NCBI RefSeq assembly: GCF_018977255.1 | Contig: NW_024704742.1 | Coordinates: 58,840,001-58,904,000, forward strand | Length of the DNA: 64,000 nt | Reading direction: 5' to 3' | From: Callorhinchus milii | Taxonomy: Eukaryota | Shown: piece by piece, positions 12,941-26,436 of the stretch | Position numbering within the stretch: the stretch's first letter is position 1 | Layout: each line of letters opens with the position of its first letter | The notes under the pieces: model-generated | Seen by the model: the letters and a program-made list of their open reading frames with translations, nothing else | Told to the model about the DNA's origin: nothing | Databases searched by the model: none | Position numbers and translations under genes: made by a program

Positions 12941-14149
12941 TGTGCCTTTGGCTACTACCTAACCCAACTCCGATTCCCACTCTGTAAAACTCATTGAGAT
13001 GTTCTCCTAAAAGAAAGGCTGTATTGTAAGTGCAAACTCTTGTTGTTGGAACAAGATCAATGCTGATGCTGGGCTCCTTCATTTGTATGTAAAGTAAATG
13101 ATACTACCCAGCTCAGCACAACCTGCCTCTCTGATGGCCAATGAACAAAAGAGACACATTCTCATTAATAAAGTCTGACTGATCAAGCTTCAGGTCTCAT
13201 TTAAAGTTACACTTCCAATAAAGCAACACACACCACTCAATAATGCTCTGTTGCTCCCCAACCTGAATCCTCTTTCGATGGCTGCCTTTCTTCCCCTCCT
13301 CATTACCATGTAATTATTAAAATGAAAAACTCTGCACTCTTGAGGCTGAAATACTGAGTTCAACACATCCACATGCCGCTTAAATTATGTAATCGTTCTT
13401 TAATTGCTGGTAAATTTTTAATCTTGCAGGACAAGTTAACGTAAACCTTTAATATTTTGGATATGTAAAGAATTTAAGGGGACGAGATCCCGATAGAGCG
13501 TTTGTGCGAAGAACGAGCAGATGGTGTTGACTAGTAACAAAATTATGCATGATGTCACCCAACAAAATTTGCAAACATAATTGCCTTAATACCAGAGGTA
13601 GCTTGGTATTTGTGGGGAATTAGGGACTATTATATGAAGCTTCAACTAGTTATCTGATTTTTAATTAAAACCAAGCACCCTTTGAAATTAATCCTTCTGG
13701 TTCATCTTCAGGAAAGGCTCCCTAAACAGTCTCGAAATTCTGAACTTAAAACTATTTTAATATTCTGGGATGTAACGCATTGTTTTCAATTTCTTCAGAA
13801 GTGAAATATGCTCAATGCAAAAATGGTCTTGAAGCTTTGCACTTGGAATTTGCACTTTGTAATTGGTTCTCAAACTTGCTATTTCCATTGTGGTACCTTT
13901 CTTTGACTGTTCTTTTGGACATCTCCCCCCCACCACCCCAGCCCCACCTCCCTCAGCCCCCTCCCCCAGCTCAGGTGTAAACTTTAGATTGCCTTGGAAT
14001 GTCCTCTTGATCTGAAAGGTGCTATATAAATGTTAATTTGTATTGTGTATTGTATTGTACTTCATATCTCTGGCAGATCATTCAACGTCAAGGTCTTTGG
14101 GGCCAGGTTCTTGGGTAACAAAAAACAATTCTGTGTTTTTACAGTACCT

Positions 14150-14492
14150 TGTCACATAAGAATCTCTCAAGTGTTTACAAGCAATAGATGTCACATGTGG
14201 TGACTATTTTATCATATTGGCAAATAAAGCAACTATTTGAACCCACAAAGTCCCACAAACAGCTATGAAAATTGTGATTTGATTCATCTGGTGGAAAGCT
14301 GGCCAACACCTTGAAAGAATCTTCTTGCAACATGGGGTATTCAGCTTCCCATCTGAACAGCCAGACGGCATCTCAGTTTTTAATGAAAATGGCACCTTCA
14401 ATAGATAGCGAGCTCAAGTTCCAGGATAGGACTTGAACACACAACTTTCTGACATAGAGAGAGAGAGAGTGCTCCATACGAGCCAAGCTGAC
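14150..14492 (-). mobile_element. Deu-SINE
   Basis: tcccacaaacagc...ggacttgaacacacaactttctgac...gagccaagctgac. Confidence 0.65.
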
Positions 14493-15019
14493 AAACTGAT
14501 TGACAAAGGAAGCATCAACAATGGGCGCTTTATGAAACTGCAGTGGATCCGAACACTACACCGGAGCCAGGCAGCTGCATTTCCAGTGTATCATTTGACA
14601 CCTCACATTCAATGTGTCTGGGCACACTGGCTCTAATTGTTCAAAAGCAAATTCTTCACCAAAATAATCAGTGTACACAGTTTTCAATGGAACCATTTTT
14701 TTGTGTGATAAATTTTCTATGAATGAATAAAACAAAACAATTCTTTAGTACACAGGTTACAACTTTCTAATTTATTAAAAATATTAATAATCCTGGCCTT
14801 TGATATTGCACCTTTCACACTGGGAAAAGTTCTCCAAGCGTCTATTTTTCCAAGAGAACGCAGAAGCCGACCTGTTCCCAGTAATGCCCCACAAACAGCC
14901 ATGAAGTGATTGACCGATTGCATTTGCATGTGAAATGCTCACTGAATGTAGTTTTGGCTCCTCCTTGATCTCAGCTTAATAGATGATCAAGGGAGCTGGG
15001 ATCCCCAACCTGTGTCTTA

Positions 15020-15427
15020 GATTTTTCCTGCTTTCAAAACCCTCTTTAATCTCTTCGACCGTGCCTTTGACCAACTCCCTCAAATTCCTCTTCCTTTTTC
15101 TCCCTGTTCGATGATCTGAAACCTTGGACAAGTTTCCTTACTCCACACACCTAATAATCCCTCCAAAAACAAAAACAATAATAAATTGGTTATTTTCAAT
15201 CCACGACTGTTTGTGGGACACAATTGTCCCACAATTGTGCGCAATTGGCTGTCGCGTTCGCCCACAGGCTATTCTGTGAAGCGCTTTGAGACGTCTAGAA
15301 GATGTGAAAAGCGCTATATCAAATGCAAGGATTATTATTATTATTATTATCCTAACGGTATAGTGAAGCACTTTGAGATGTTCATCCCAAGTGAAAGGCA
15401 TTGTATAAGAGCAATTATTGATGTTGC
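15020..15427 (+). mobile_element. Old L2 3' end interrupted by a young SINE
   Basis: ctttcaaaaccctctttaatctcttcgaccgtgcctttg before the SINE; gtgaagcactttgagatg...tgaaaggcattgtata after it. Confidence 0.5.
15119..15350 (+). mobile_element. tRNA-derived SINE, short (deleted) form, 5'-truncated
   Basis: Junction ccacacacct|aataatccc; intact tail and (ATT)n. Confidence 0.9.
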
Positions 15428-16031
15428 TTGTCTGAGCTCACCCACCTTCCTCTTCTTTCCCCCTCCAATTCCTTTGCACCACAGTCAAGCCTTGAGGTGG
15501 ATCATTTAATTTTTAAATCTACTCAAATGGTGGATTCTAAGGTCTGTAAAACCACTGAAACTTCCCCTCTTCCACTAGATGAGATGATGTTAAAGCTTCT
15601 TCATCAGGTGGGTGTGAAAAGCACTACTTGCTTTCTCCCTTTGTCCTGGTCAACAATTCTCAACAATCATTGATAATTCATCTCAGAGATCATGGGGGAC
15701 TTTGCTTTGCACAAAATGTCTGTGGTCTGCCAATGAAAGCAGCCATTACACTTCACAGTAATTATTGTAAAGCACTTTTCAATGTAAAAAAGTACAATAA
15801 AAATGAAAGTATTTCTAATAATTCGAGGTCCTGAAATATATCTCAGAGACTTTTGTTGTAATAAGCCCAAAGGGAGCTCAACAATTACTTGATACCACTA
15901 AACAGATATGAGCTCTTTTTTGCGGAGTGAAATTGACTGCAGTTTTCTCATATCTCCTTTCTGGCATTGAAAAAAGGGTCAAAATAATTATTTTATAGAA
16001 CAAAAATATACAGGATCATGAGCATTTAATT

Positions 16032-16380
16032 TAATAGTAATCTTTGAATTTGATATAGTCCCTTATCATGTCATCTAAACGTCTGAAACTGCTTCACCCA
16101 TTATACTGTAAAGTGAATTGACTGTATATTTTGTGAGTGAAATGTGGCAGACAATTGTGCATAGCAATTGTGGATTGAGGGACCAAATTATTTATTAGTT
16201 TTTTTTAAGCGATTATTACCCCCAGAAAATGATCTGCCAATTGACTAACAATTACTTATTGCAAGGTAAACCAAGGTGTGTAGAATAAGGAAACTTGCGT
16301 AAGGTTTTGCCCTGCATGGGAATCGAACCCGGGTCCTCTCACTTGCTAGGCGAGTGCTCTGACCAATACACTACAGGACT
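16032..16380 (-). mobile_element. tRNA-derived SINE, long form
   Basis: gggaatcgaacccggg (B box) and ctacaggact (5' end) on plus strand. Confidence 0.88.
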
Positions 16381-16956
16381 GCTTTACACTATTCCCTTAA
16401 TGATTTACACTATTCTCTGAATGAATGTAAAATATGAAACAAAACCTCAATAGAATCAAGAACGTTGGTTGTAAAGCAAAATAAAACACATTTTTTTCTA
16501 AGTGGATCTACTTAGTACATTTTGAGATTGATTCGTTATATGATCAATTGATAGTTCAATTTTTCTTGCAAAATAAATATAACAATTTTAGTGACACACT
16601 ATAAGAGTCTTACAGCTCATTTAATATTTCAGGTGCCGCATCAAACTGCTTCCTGCAGCGAATGGGAGGACACCGGCACAATGGGCTATACTGGCAGCTC
16701 AAAATCATGCTGTCAGGAAAGAAAAAGGAGCTCTGTGCAAGTTCACTTAGAGCATGGAGCTCCGCTATTCAGCATCCCTATGTCAGATCATTCGCGATGT
16801 CAAGTCATCGGAACTGCTTTCTATGACATTAGAGCCCAGCCAGTCCAAAGGCAAAGGAGTGACAAATCATCTCCTCTGTGTAAATAGCCTATAAACCATT
16901 GGTTATGTAAAAACTCCACTGAAACAGTATGGTGAAAAGGCAAGGCATTGAGATTA

Positions 16957-17023
16957 GCAGCGTCTTGGGACGTCCTCCCGACGTGAAAGGCGCTATACAA
17001 ATGTAATCTTATTGTTATTGTTG
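16957..17023 (+). mobile_element. Isolated L2 3' terminus
   Basis: cagcgtcttgggacgtcctcccgacgtgaaaggcgctatacaaatgtaatcttattgtt. Confidence 0.8.
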
Positions 17024-18649
17024 TAAAAGATCTGCTAAGATTTAATAACCGGGGGAACAAACTTGATGTGCTGATGGTCTGTTCCCCTATGATAAGGCAA
17101 CATTAAAAATGTATTGAATAAGAAAGCAACATGGAATGGATGCAAAATCTTCAACTAACTACAATGCGTAGCACTGTGTCTGCCACTGTAGGAAAGAAGT
17201 CAAGCGTCAATATCTTCAGGAGAGAATGCTGCGGATCTAGAATGTGAGAATTTACCACAAAGTGATATTTGCTTTAATCTGGGGAATTGTTGTCCAGGAT
17301 ATTGAGGGAAACTCCCTTCTCTTTTTGAATAGTGCAATGAAACACCCACCTGAATTGCAGACAGTCTCCATTTAACAATCTCATCTGAAGGTCAGATACA
17401 CTATTTGAAATTGAAATCCGGGACCATATAAATGAGCATATAGGTGGATTTTTACTTCCGATGTGATACAGATGATTCAATGCTGTGCGCAAATTGGCTG
17501 CCGCATTTCCTCCACAAAATGCAGTCAATCCACTTTACAATATGTCCTGTGAAGCCCTTTGAGACACCTCGACGACGTGATAACCCACTATATCAAATAC
17601 AAGTATTATTATTATTACAGCCAGTAAAGGGTTGCGCAGACAGCAAACAGGAAATTAGCAATCACACTGAACTGAGGCAGATGGAGAATAAAGTTCTGGC
17701 AATATCAGCTTGGCTTGGGTATTGGGATCAATCATTGGTGTATTGAGCATCAAATCTAAATGTCAGATGGTAGCCCTTGAAATCATCTTCAGTTCATGTC
17801 AAAACCAGTGGGAAATTGAACTATCAGCAATGGAGCTCGCGAATGCCACAAGCTGTCAATGATTTCCCGCTTAATGATCGTCTCGACATACCCCGTGTAG
17901 AGGTTTGCATCCAGGGAGATGTAACACACAACCCTAACCTGTCAGAGGACTTCCAGAGAATGAAAATTATGGTCAATATATCTGATTTGAAGAGCTTTGA
18001 AAGCCGTCCTTGTTGTTGGATAATATGCATTTTACAATTAAATTACCTAGCTGTTTCACAAGTCAATCATTCTAGCTCCAGAAATATCAGTCATCAAAAT
18101 TGTACACGTTTGAAACAAAATAACATTGAAAATAAGCTGCCAGCTATCATTCAGAACTTTCTCTTGCAGCTAGTCAAAATAATTCAGTCTGCACACATGT
18201 TATGGAGCTTCCATTTCTACTGCCAGGTACTTATAAACTGCTTAGATTTACTGTTCAAACCAGCCTTAGAAAGAAATGTACAATGTTGGCTTCATGCGGA
18301 ATACAATAAAATGTAATCTACTGTTATTCATTTTCTGCCAATACTTAAGGAGATTTATTTCTCAGCCTGGGATCAAGTCAGAGTAGAATTATCACAGAGG
18401 AAAAGCAGGGGACTGGGAGGTCATTCAGGAAAAGGGCCAAAAATAAAACTAAGCTTTGTAGGAGAGAGGAAAAAAAGCCCAGCATGATCCCAGGATGCAG
18501 TAAAAGCAGCTGCACATACGAGAAAATTGGGAGCACAGGACATGCTACACGTATGTCATGATTTGCACAATAAGCACCAAAATCTTTTTAAAAAATAAAA
18601 TTTTAGGGGTATAACTCTGTCATCTCCGCAAAGAAGTAAAAAAGTGAGA

Positions 18650-18928
18650 CATTCTTCGGATTAGACGTAAACTGAATCCCACCTTTCTGTCCAGATGGAC
18701 ATTAAAGATCCTGTGACACTATTCGAAAAGGGAAGGGAGTTCCTCTCAGTGTCCTGGCCAACAATCCTCCCAGATAAAACTGGCTGTTCATTTCATGGCT
18801 AATTGTGGGATGTTACTGATTGCAAATTGGCAGTAAAAAAAAATTCTATGAAGTGCCTTGAAACATTCTCCTGACATGTAAGGCGCTATATCAAATGCAA
18901 AGATTAATATTAAATATTATTATTATAT
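18650..18928 (+). mobile_element. Deu-SINE (5'-truncated)
   Basis: ttaaagatcctgtgacactattcgaaaagggaagggagttcctctcagtgtcctggccaacaatcc; tail with (ATT)n. Confidence 0.8.
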
Positions 18929-19009
18929 CTTAATGATGATTATAACATATATTGCATTATTCTATCAAATGGTTAAACCGATTTCCTCTCCCACCTATTT
19001 GCTTCCGCT

Positions 19010-19392
19010 TCTCCTTTCCTTCTCTCTTGCCTGGGCATTACCATGGGCAGCAGTACCTCACCCAATTGCTGATTCAAACAGTGAACGTCAGTAGGGTTTT
19101 CGATTAAGTTCAATGAGCCAAATGGCTTTCTCCAATGCTGTCAAAAATGTCCATCATGCATTGCAGATTGTAATCCTATCCCCATCTAGGAGTGGGCACT
19201 AGACACTGACCAAGAGCAGAAACTATTGGGGATTTTTTTCCTCGGAAGCCAAAGGCACTAAGGCTAATTTTAACATCCCAACTGCTGCTGTAGCTTTGAT
19301 CAACTAACTCAGCATTGACCGGGAATTGAACTTGTGACCCTCTGTTCTTTTTTGGCTTCACTGGGTGGTGGTGCCTTTTATCCACTCAGTCT
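19010..19392 (-). mobile_element. Very old SINE-like element, near full length
   Basis: gatcaactaactcagcattgaccgggaattgaac (B-box-like on minus strand); motifs shared with the 32830 and 53485 copies. Confidence 0.55.
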
Positions 19393-22149
19393 CTCAGCTG
19401 GAGGTCGAAAAAGCTTTCTGGCTAAAGTTACATTTGGCTGATAAATATAGCTCAGGTCAAAGTTGAAATGGATGGCACAAAATTCAGAAAGGCAGGGGAG
19501 AAAGAAACTCAGCTACGTTTTGCACATTGTAAATAGTTTAGTTGAGATCCAATTTTGGTCAATGTTTTCTGAAATATTGATGTGAAATCATTGTTCGAAA
19601 TGATCTTTAGCTGCAATATTCACTGCGAAAGGATCTTGGTTCGCTGTACTTCAGAAGTGCATACAGTACTTACTGCCTTACGTTCTATCAAAGCGATTTG
19701 CAATGGTAATAAATTCTGTGATGCAGAAAAATGAGATTCTTTTTCCAAAGGATTAAAAAGATTGCTCCTAATAACAATTTTGACTATCTGTGCAGCTCTG
19801 TAAACTCCCAAGACCCTCCCTTGATAAATGAACAAAAGTAACAAGCCTGCAGCCATAAGTTGCTGTTCTCAGAAATTCTCAACTCACACACTATTTAATC
19901 AGAAATCAGAGCTGTGCAAATAGTGTTGAGAGTATTACAGTGAAGGGGGTTTCTGGCGATGTCCTGGCCAATAATCCCCCAGATAAAACTGGTAATTCAC
20001 TTCAAGGCCGTTTATGAGACATTTCTGACCTTTGTGTTTGTCTAAAGTCACTACATGCTTTGAGACATATTGATGATTTGATAAGGCACTGCATCAAATG
20101 CCAAGATTATTATAATTATTTTAAATCCCAATATTTTGCTGTTTTTTTCAAGGGAATTTAACTTTTTTTTTTGAGTTGTGTTCTAGTTAACTAGGGGGCG
20201 ATTCTTTAATTGCCCATACATTTACTGATCTTAACGGGAAAACATATGGATTTTTCACTAGTCACTAAAATGCATCCACATCAGTCTTGTGAGCTTTTAA
20301 TTTCCTTCCCCATTAAATGGTCACACTATCAAGGTCGATACATTTACTGGCTAGTCAGTGCAGAATCACTCTCATAACTCCAGTGCTCACAATTGGCAAT
20401 ACCTATGTAGATAATTGGGAAGTTTATTTTCTCCCTAACTCAAATCTTAAATCACAGGAATAATTATAGCAGCTTAATGAATAAATATTTAAATAACAAT
20501 GTCAACTTCAATTCCAGGCCCTATACATGTATGGTGTGCTAAGTCTGCATTTCACAAGTGTAAATTGATACACCAGGATGTGTCCTGGCAATGCATGTTA
20601 TACAGATGCAGGGGTAGCATTTCCACAATGTTGTGAGCAGAACCTTAGGCAATGAGCAACTATAGGGAGAAATCCCATTCATAGCCAACATTGCCAAAGA
20701 CAATGTGGGACACTGAACAGAATTCTTAACCCAAAAATACTTCAAAAACAGCAGAGAAGATAGGTCCTCTCTGTCATTGTTCACCCAATGGGTTTCCAAT
20801 CTTATTCAAACCACTGGGTCGGAAGAGTTGCATAAGTAAGTCATTTTAAAGTACCTTCCAGTAGACACTTTAAAGAGCAGTGTGGGGAAAGGTTTGGGCA
20901 ACAAATCACTTGTTAGCTATCAGAAAACTGTTACTGACGAACCCGAGACGGTGGATGACAATAACTTACAAAAACAAGTTGAGGAAAAAAGGAACTATAA
21001 AATCATGTGAATGCTTTGAAATGTCAACTGAAAGGATTTAGAGCCAGCTACATCATAAGAATCATGTGGGAAATCGAAAGGATTGCCATAACGGACTGAT
21101 AGCCTGCTTCTACCTGAAAATCATAACAATGTTACCTTGGCATGCAGTGCATGGCTATTTTCTCATTTTGTAATTTACTTTAAGAATATCCTTCTCGATT
21201 TTCTCAGCTGATCGGCTGCATGTGTTGTCTCAGGATTCCATGGATGCTAATAGCCTAAAGGTACTTCAACCAAGAGGCCATTCTTCAGGAGTAGTTTGAA
21301 ATTTGTCCGAAAGCTCCAATGCAGACTCCTATGTTCTATTTTACTGTATTGGATTTAGTCATAAGGAGACCAGCAATGTCTTTGTTTAAAAATCTTTTCA
21401 AGGCTTCTATGGAGCATCCAGCCTAATGTCCTTTCTCCTACTGGAGACTGAGTTCCTCAGGGCTTTAGTTATTGAAGTCCATTTTGTGGCATTTCTTAGC
21501 ATTGACTCGCAGGAACTCCACCGCAGAAGTAAATCAGATCAGAGTTGAGTTCCAGCACTCGCTGTGCTCACTTCCAATTTCTGGAAGGTGTCCCTATTTG
21601 AGAAATTCCAAATCCCACTCAGAAACCCAAATTAGACTCGACTGTGTAATTTCCATTGATGATATTTTGCCATTACCTTTATCCCATCTCAGATAACATT
21701 TGCTGTTTCCCAGTCACTACAGGGTGAAATTATAGAAACTTAAGCACCTTGTAGATCACCTTCATGGTTTCTTGTACCACTGATGTTCCGACAATCTCAG
21801 ATGCTAGTCACGCTCTCTGTGTCCTGTGGACTGATCTTACCAGATGGTCCACAGAATCTCAAAAGCAACAAAAGCAATCCTCACCAGACAGTGGGCTGAC
21901 ATCTCCCCAGAGATAAATTCCTCCAGCAAAGCATAAGCTTTTGACTCCAGGGACTATAATGACCAACCACCACGGGCAAATGTTCAGGAAATACTTGGGG
22001 GAATTCACACATTAACAAACCAAAATTCTCATGGTTTTAGCCTTAAAATCTTTAGGATTATGATTGTGGTTTAAGACGACAAGAAATTTCAGGCCAAAGC
22101 AACCCTAATATCTTTAGGATCCCCGAGGCTTCATAACATAAAGATGCTG

Positions 22150-22421
22150 TTTAATTCAGCACCAGGTCACTAAACCAGAGATTGGAGACTTGCAGTTCAG
22201 ACCCCAGGCAATTCTAAATTAGGACAGTAATTGGGATACTAAAATTGGCCTTGGTGCTCCTGAGATAAGGAACTGGAAATCAGGCAGTGTTTGTAATCCA
22301 GAGATCACTGGACTGAAGGATATGTGAGTGTGGATATTCAGTGAAGACACATAGCTGGCTCAGTGGTGGTGTCCTCCTTCCACAAAATAGTTTGCTAATG
22401 CTCACTTTCAAGGCTCACAAA
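22150..22421 (+). mobile_element. Very old SINE-like element
   Basis: aattggccttggtgctcctg...gtgtggatattcagtgaagac...gctcactttcaaggctcac. Confidence 0.5.
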
Positions 22422-22424
22422 GCA

Positions 22425-22946
22425 ATACTGGCCATTTTAGGTCTGTCAGCCCAATTCAGTTGGTAGTATTCTCACTTCTGAGTCAGAAGAATGTGTGTTC
22501 ATGCCCCAAGTCAGGACATGGAACTCACAGTCCCAGGCTGACACTCCAAAGGAGTGCTGGGTGTGTGCTACATTGTCAAGAGATACTGTCCTTCAGATGA
22601 GATGTTAAACCAAGGTCCAGTCTGCCTGTTCAGCTGAATGTAAAGATTGCATGGCACCATTTGGAAAGACAAAAGGAGTTTCTCCCAGTGTCCTGGCCAA
22701 CAACAACAACAAACACCAACAAAATTGCATTTATAGAGCGTCTTTCACATCGGGGGGACGTCCCAAACCACTGGGACAATCCCCCAGATGGAATTGGGCA
22801 TTCTTTTCATGACTCTCTGTGGGACACGTTACTGTGAGCAAACTGGCTGCTGCATCTACCTACAAAATAGACAGTAAAATTAAAAATCTTGTGAAGCGCG
22901 TTGAGACATTGTGATAATCGTGATATCAAATGCAAGGATTATTATT
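22425..22946 (+). mobile_element. Full-length Deu-domain SINE with nested L2 tail
   Basis: tRNA-like head (cagttggtagtattctcacttctgagtcagaag), Deu core resembling the SacSINE1/AmnSINE1 superfamily, L2-type tail. Confidence 0.88.
22701..22774 (-). mobile_element. L2 3' terminus inserted in the Deu-SINE
   Basis: caacaacaac...aaattgcatttatagagcgtctttcacatcggggggacgtcccaa. Confidence 0.8.
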
Positions 22947-25900
22947 GTGGTGCCAAAAGTTGAAAAAAGTAGTCAGACATTTTCTGGAGAAGAAGAGGGT
23001 GAGTAGAAAATAAATCACAGAGCAAAAAAAATGTAGGCAACCTGACTTTAGAGCCTGTGAAGTCAAACTCATTAATGAGCAGATAGAAAAGATCAAGCTG
23101 TGAGCTGGATAAGGGCAAAGAGCACAGTGACTCCAGTCCTCTAAAATGAAAGGTTAAAGAAAAGTTCATCTCAAATGTTTATACAGAAGTAGTGCTAGGG
23201 GCCTCTCGAAATGGGTTTTAATTTGACAATGTAGATTCAAAATACCAGCGAACAACCTCACCTCGGCACAAACAGTGAACTCATTGACTACGGCACTGAG
23301 CAGCGTGGTGTAAGATTTCACTGCAAAGCGAAAAGAGCCATTTTTCCAGTCGACCTTTGAGGGTCAAGTTCATGAAGAATGAACTGATCTATAATAAAAG
23401 ATTAGGGTCCAGTAAGCCTCATCAATCTCCCCCCAAGGTTTTACCCACACTTTCCAGAGGGCTTTTGTTGTAGAGATGGCGCCCTCAATTCATCAATTCA
23501 TTCCATTGTGAAATGAAACAGTGTCGTGTTTAACAGGCTAGATGACACTTTTAACCTACATTCCCATGCGACGGAGCTTGTATTCCATGTACTGATACAG
23601 CAGATGGCACTGAGAGCAGAAGTTGACCTACAGGTGACTGCTGCACCAAAGCATTATTCTCCTCTTCAATTTTATTTAATTCATGTAAAGTCCTTTCCTA
23701 GAAACCAACTTATCACATTTGAGCATGATCCGACCTACAGCTACTGTTTGTTTAAAAGCTAGGGAGCTTCTCCTCGTGCACTGGCCAATAATCCCCCAAA
23801 ACAGAAATGTTATTGACTTCATAGTTGTTCGTGGGACATTGCTGTGTGCACATCGATTGCTAGATTCACATGTAAAATATATTGTCAATACACTTTAATG
23901 TATTTCCTGTGAAGCAGTTTGAGGCATCTTTCCAATGTGAAAGGTGCTATATCAAATGTAAGGAATAATATTGTTATTGTGTTTGGAACACTCAAATGGT
24001 GTTTCACAAAAAGTTGATTCACTCTGTAATTTGGAAGTGCCTGAATCCAAATCACAGTATTAGTTAGTTCACTGGTAAACTGCATTGTTCAGTATACTTT
24101 GAGCGATATTTATTTCTTTGCCCTTAAGTGTAGTGGCTGTGTCCATATTATAGTGGAAGTTTCCCCATCGCTTACTACAGTTAACTGGAGGATCAAAACC
24201 AGCTCGCACCATCCTCCTTCCTTTATAGAAGCAGCCTGATGTTGAAATGTGGGGAGAGAACAGACACAGGCAGGCATTCATGCCTGGCTCTGGGTAATGT
24301 TATACCATATGTTCAAGCAAACACAATCCATTCTGAGCTGCATAAACTATGTTCAATTTCAGATTGCCCCAATTACACAGGCAGAAGGATTCAAAGGATT
24401 TCATACCAGCTTCCAGACTACTCTTTTTTTACAGCTTTGCAATTCTCTTCCATGCACTGAACCAGGCTGCAAAAATATTCAAAGCAAATGTACAATAAAA
24501 CATTGCCATGTGCCAGCTATGCCACAAAGGTCCCTTGTATTGCATTTTAAAAGAACACTGTTTTATTGTTAGAACATTTTTCTTAACAAGAACGCTTTAG
24601 AAATACATGGCAACTACACTGTCATCTGCAGACATTCAACACTCTCTGTCAGTTGTCACTTTCAAGACTGTGGTAGTTATTTTCTTTGCATTTATCAATG
24701 GCAGCTTAGCTTTGTTCCAATGATACTTCATGAAAACCTGAATGAAACAGCTTTTTCAGATTTCTGCTTTCTAAGAGGTGATGCTTCGAAAGACACCCAT
24801 AAGCTTACTGATCTGCTGAGAATGTTCTATTTTTAACCACTTTTCTGTCCCTTCCCAGCACCTTGAGATGTCCTCCGGATGTGAAAGGAGCTATACAAAT
24901 GTAATTTGTTGTTGTTGTCCTTTGCTTAAAGATCCTACTTTTGCGGGGGTGCGATTCCATGATACACCAGCCAGTGAGCTGTTAATGAACCCATCTTCTA
25001 GGTCAAGCCTTGGCTCCCAGGCTGAACTGAGGGCTGTTTTTTTCTCCTTTCTCTGGGCCAGAATGTGCCGACTTTGAAAGGAAATTGAACTTTGGAAGTT
25101 TGACAAAGAAGATATAAATTTTAAATTTACCTTAAAACAACAGTCTTCTGACTCTGAGACGGGAGTGCTGCCAACTGAGCGAGGCTGGTTTGGTTGTTAA
25201 TCAAATGAGAAAGACCTCACAAGAAAGGGACTACCCCTGAAAGAACTCAAGTTATATGATACATCACACACTGGAACACCATTTAAACTACATTTGGGTT
25301 GTTTTCAATTGAAATAGATCCCAGGACATAGTGGTAATCACAATTTATTGCAACTTTGACATGTAGAAAGTGGTATAAGTGGTTTGTTCAGAATTCAATT
25401 ACCTATTACAAGAAAATTCCAAATTATTGAAAACCAAACTGTAAGTGTTCAGTGCCCTGGTAAAGGGTGGGATTTATATCTCAAAGATCTGTGAGCTCCT
25501 TCACTCCACACACTGTCAATTCAGGATCAATGATCTTCATTCAGAGCTGGTTTTATACACATTTGTATGGTTTTGAAAGTGAACCAGGCACGGCAACAAT
25601 TAAGCAATCCTGCAGATTTCCATTCCATTCAGCCCCTATCACCTTGTACAGGGCAGTTTGATTCAAATCAGCTGTTAATGCAGTGGGAATGAACTGGCTC
25701 AATGCAAATGGCAAGATTGACAGTGCAGCGGTTCATAAGATGATAGAATTCCTGCAGAGAAGAAGGCGGCAGATGATAGGAGACAATCCCAGGCACCTGG
25801 TTTTCAGGACCACCGAGGGAACAGGGGAGGTCACTAAAATCAGTCAGAAAATTAAACCAGATTTGAAACAGGCCCTTATCGTACCAGATCTGTGCGCTGA

Positions 25901-26360
25901 AATGTTGGGAAAGTTTGTTCAAGTTAAAATCCGATACCGAATTTAGATAGTTCACGGACATTACCATGTAAATGCAGACAGCGGTAGACAGCATTTTTTT
26001 TTAGATAAACAGAAACTGCATATTTTTTCTGTGCTAGGTCTGCATTCTGTGCCTCAAGGCCATTGGAAATTTTGTGTTCTGTTATACCAATTACACTTCA
26101 CCTATCTTTTGCTTTCAGGATGACTGTCTCGTTTCTACAAATACAAGTCTCCAGTGAATTTAACATTAATAAGCACAACTTAATGAAGTTTTCTTTAAAT
26201 GCCAGAACACCCAGACCAGCCAGTTTCAACAGAGAGGCTTTGCAGGAAGGAAAAAATAGAAGTCTTAAACAGCTGGGTTAACCAAAAAACTTGCCTGAAA
26301 GTTTTCTCCCCAGATAAACCGTTACAATATATAGAAAATACAAGGCAAAGCATATGCAAA

Positions 26361-26436
26361 CATAAGATTTTGCTAGGCGAAAGAAGAACAAGGTCCATCT
26401 AGTTCACCTTCCACCATCCTGGCAGTCGCTTGACAT
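26361..26436 (-). mobile_element. Probable CR1 3' end
   Basis: cataaga...aaggtccatctagttcaccttc resembles antisense CR1 3' UTR ends. Confidence 0.45.

Noticed and set aside
17777..18316. 179-aa plus-strand ORF
   Set aside because: TTG start, no recognisable domain or splice context; the best antisense acceptor hits stops in all three frames.
25668..25994. Overlapping 108-aa and 87-aa ORFs
   Set aside because: No recognisable protein or convincing splice sites.
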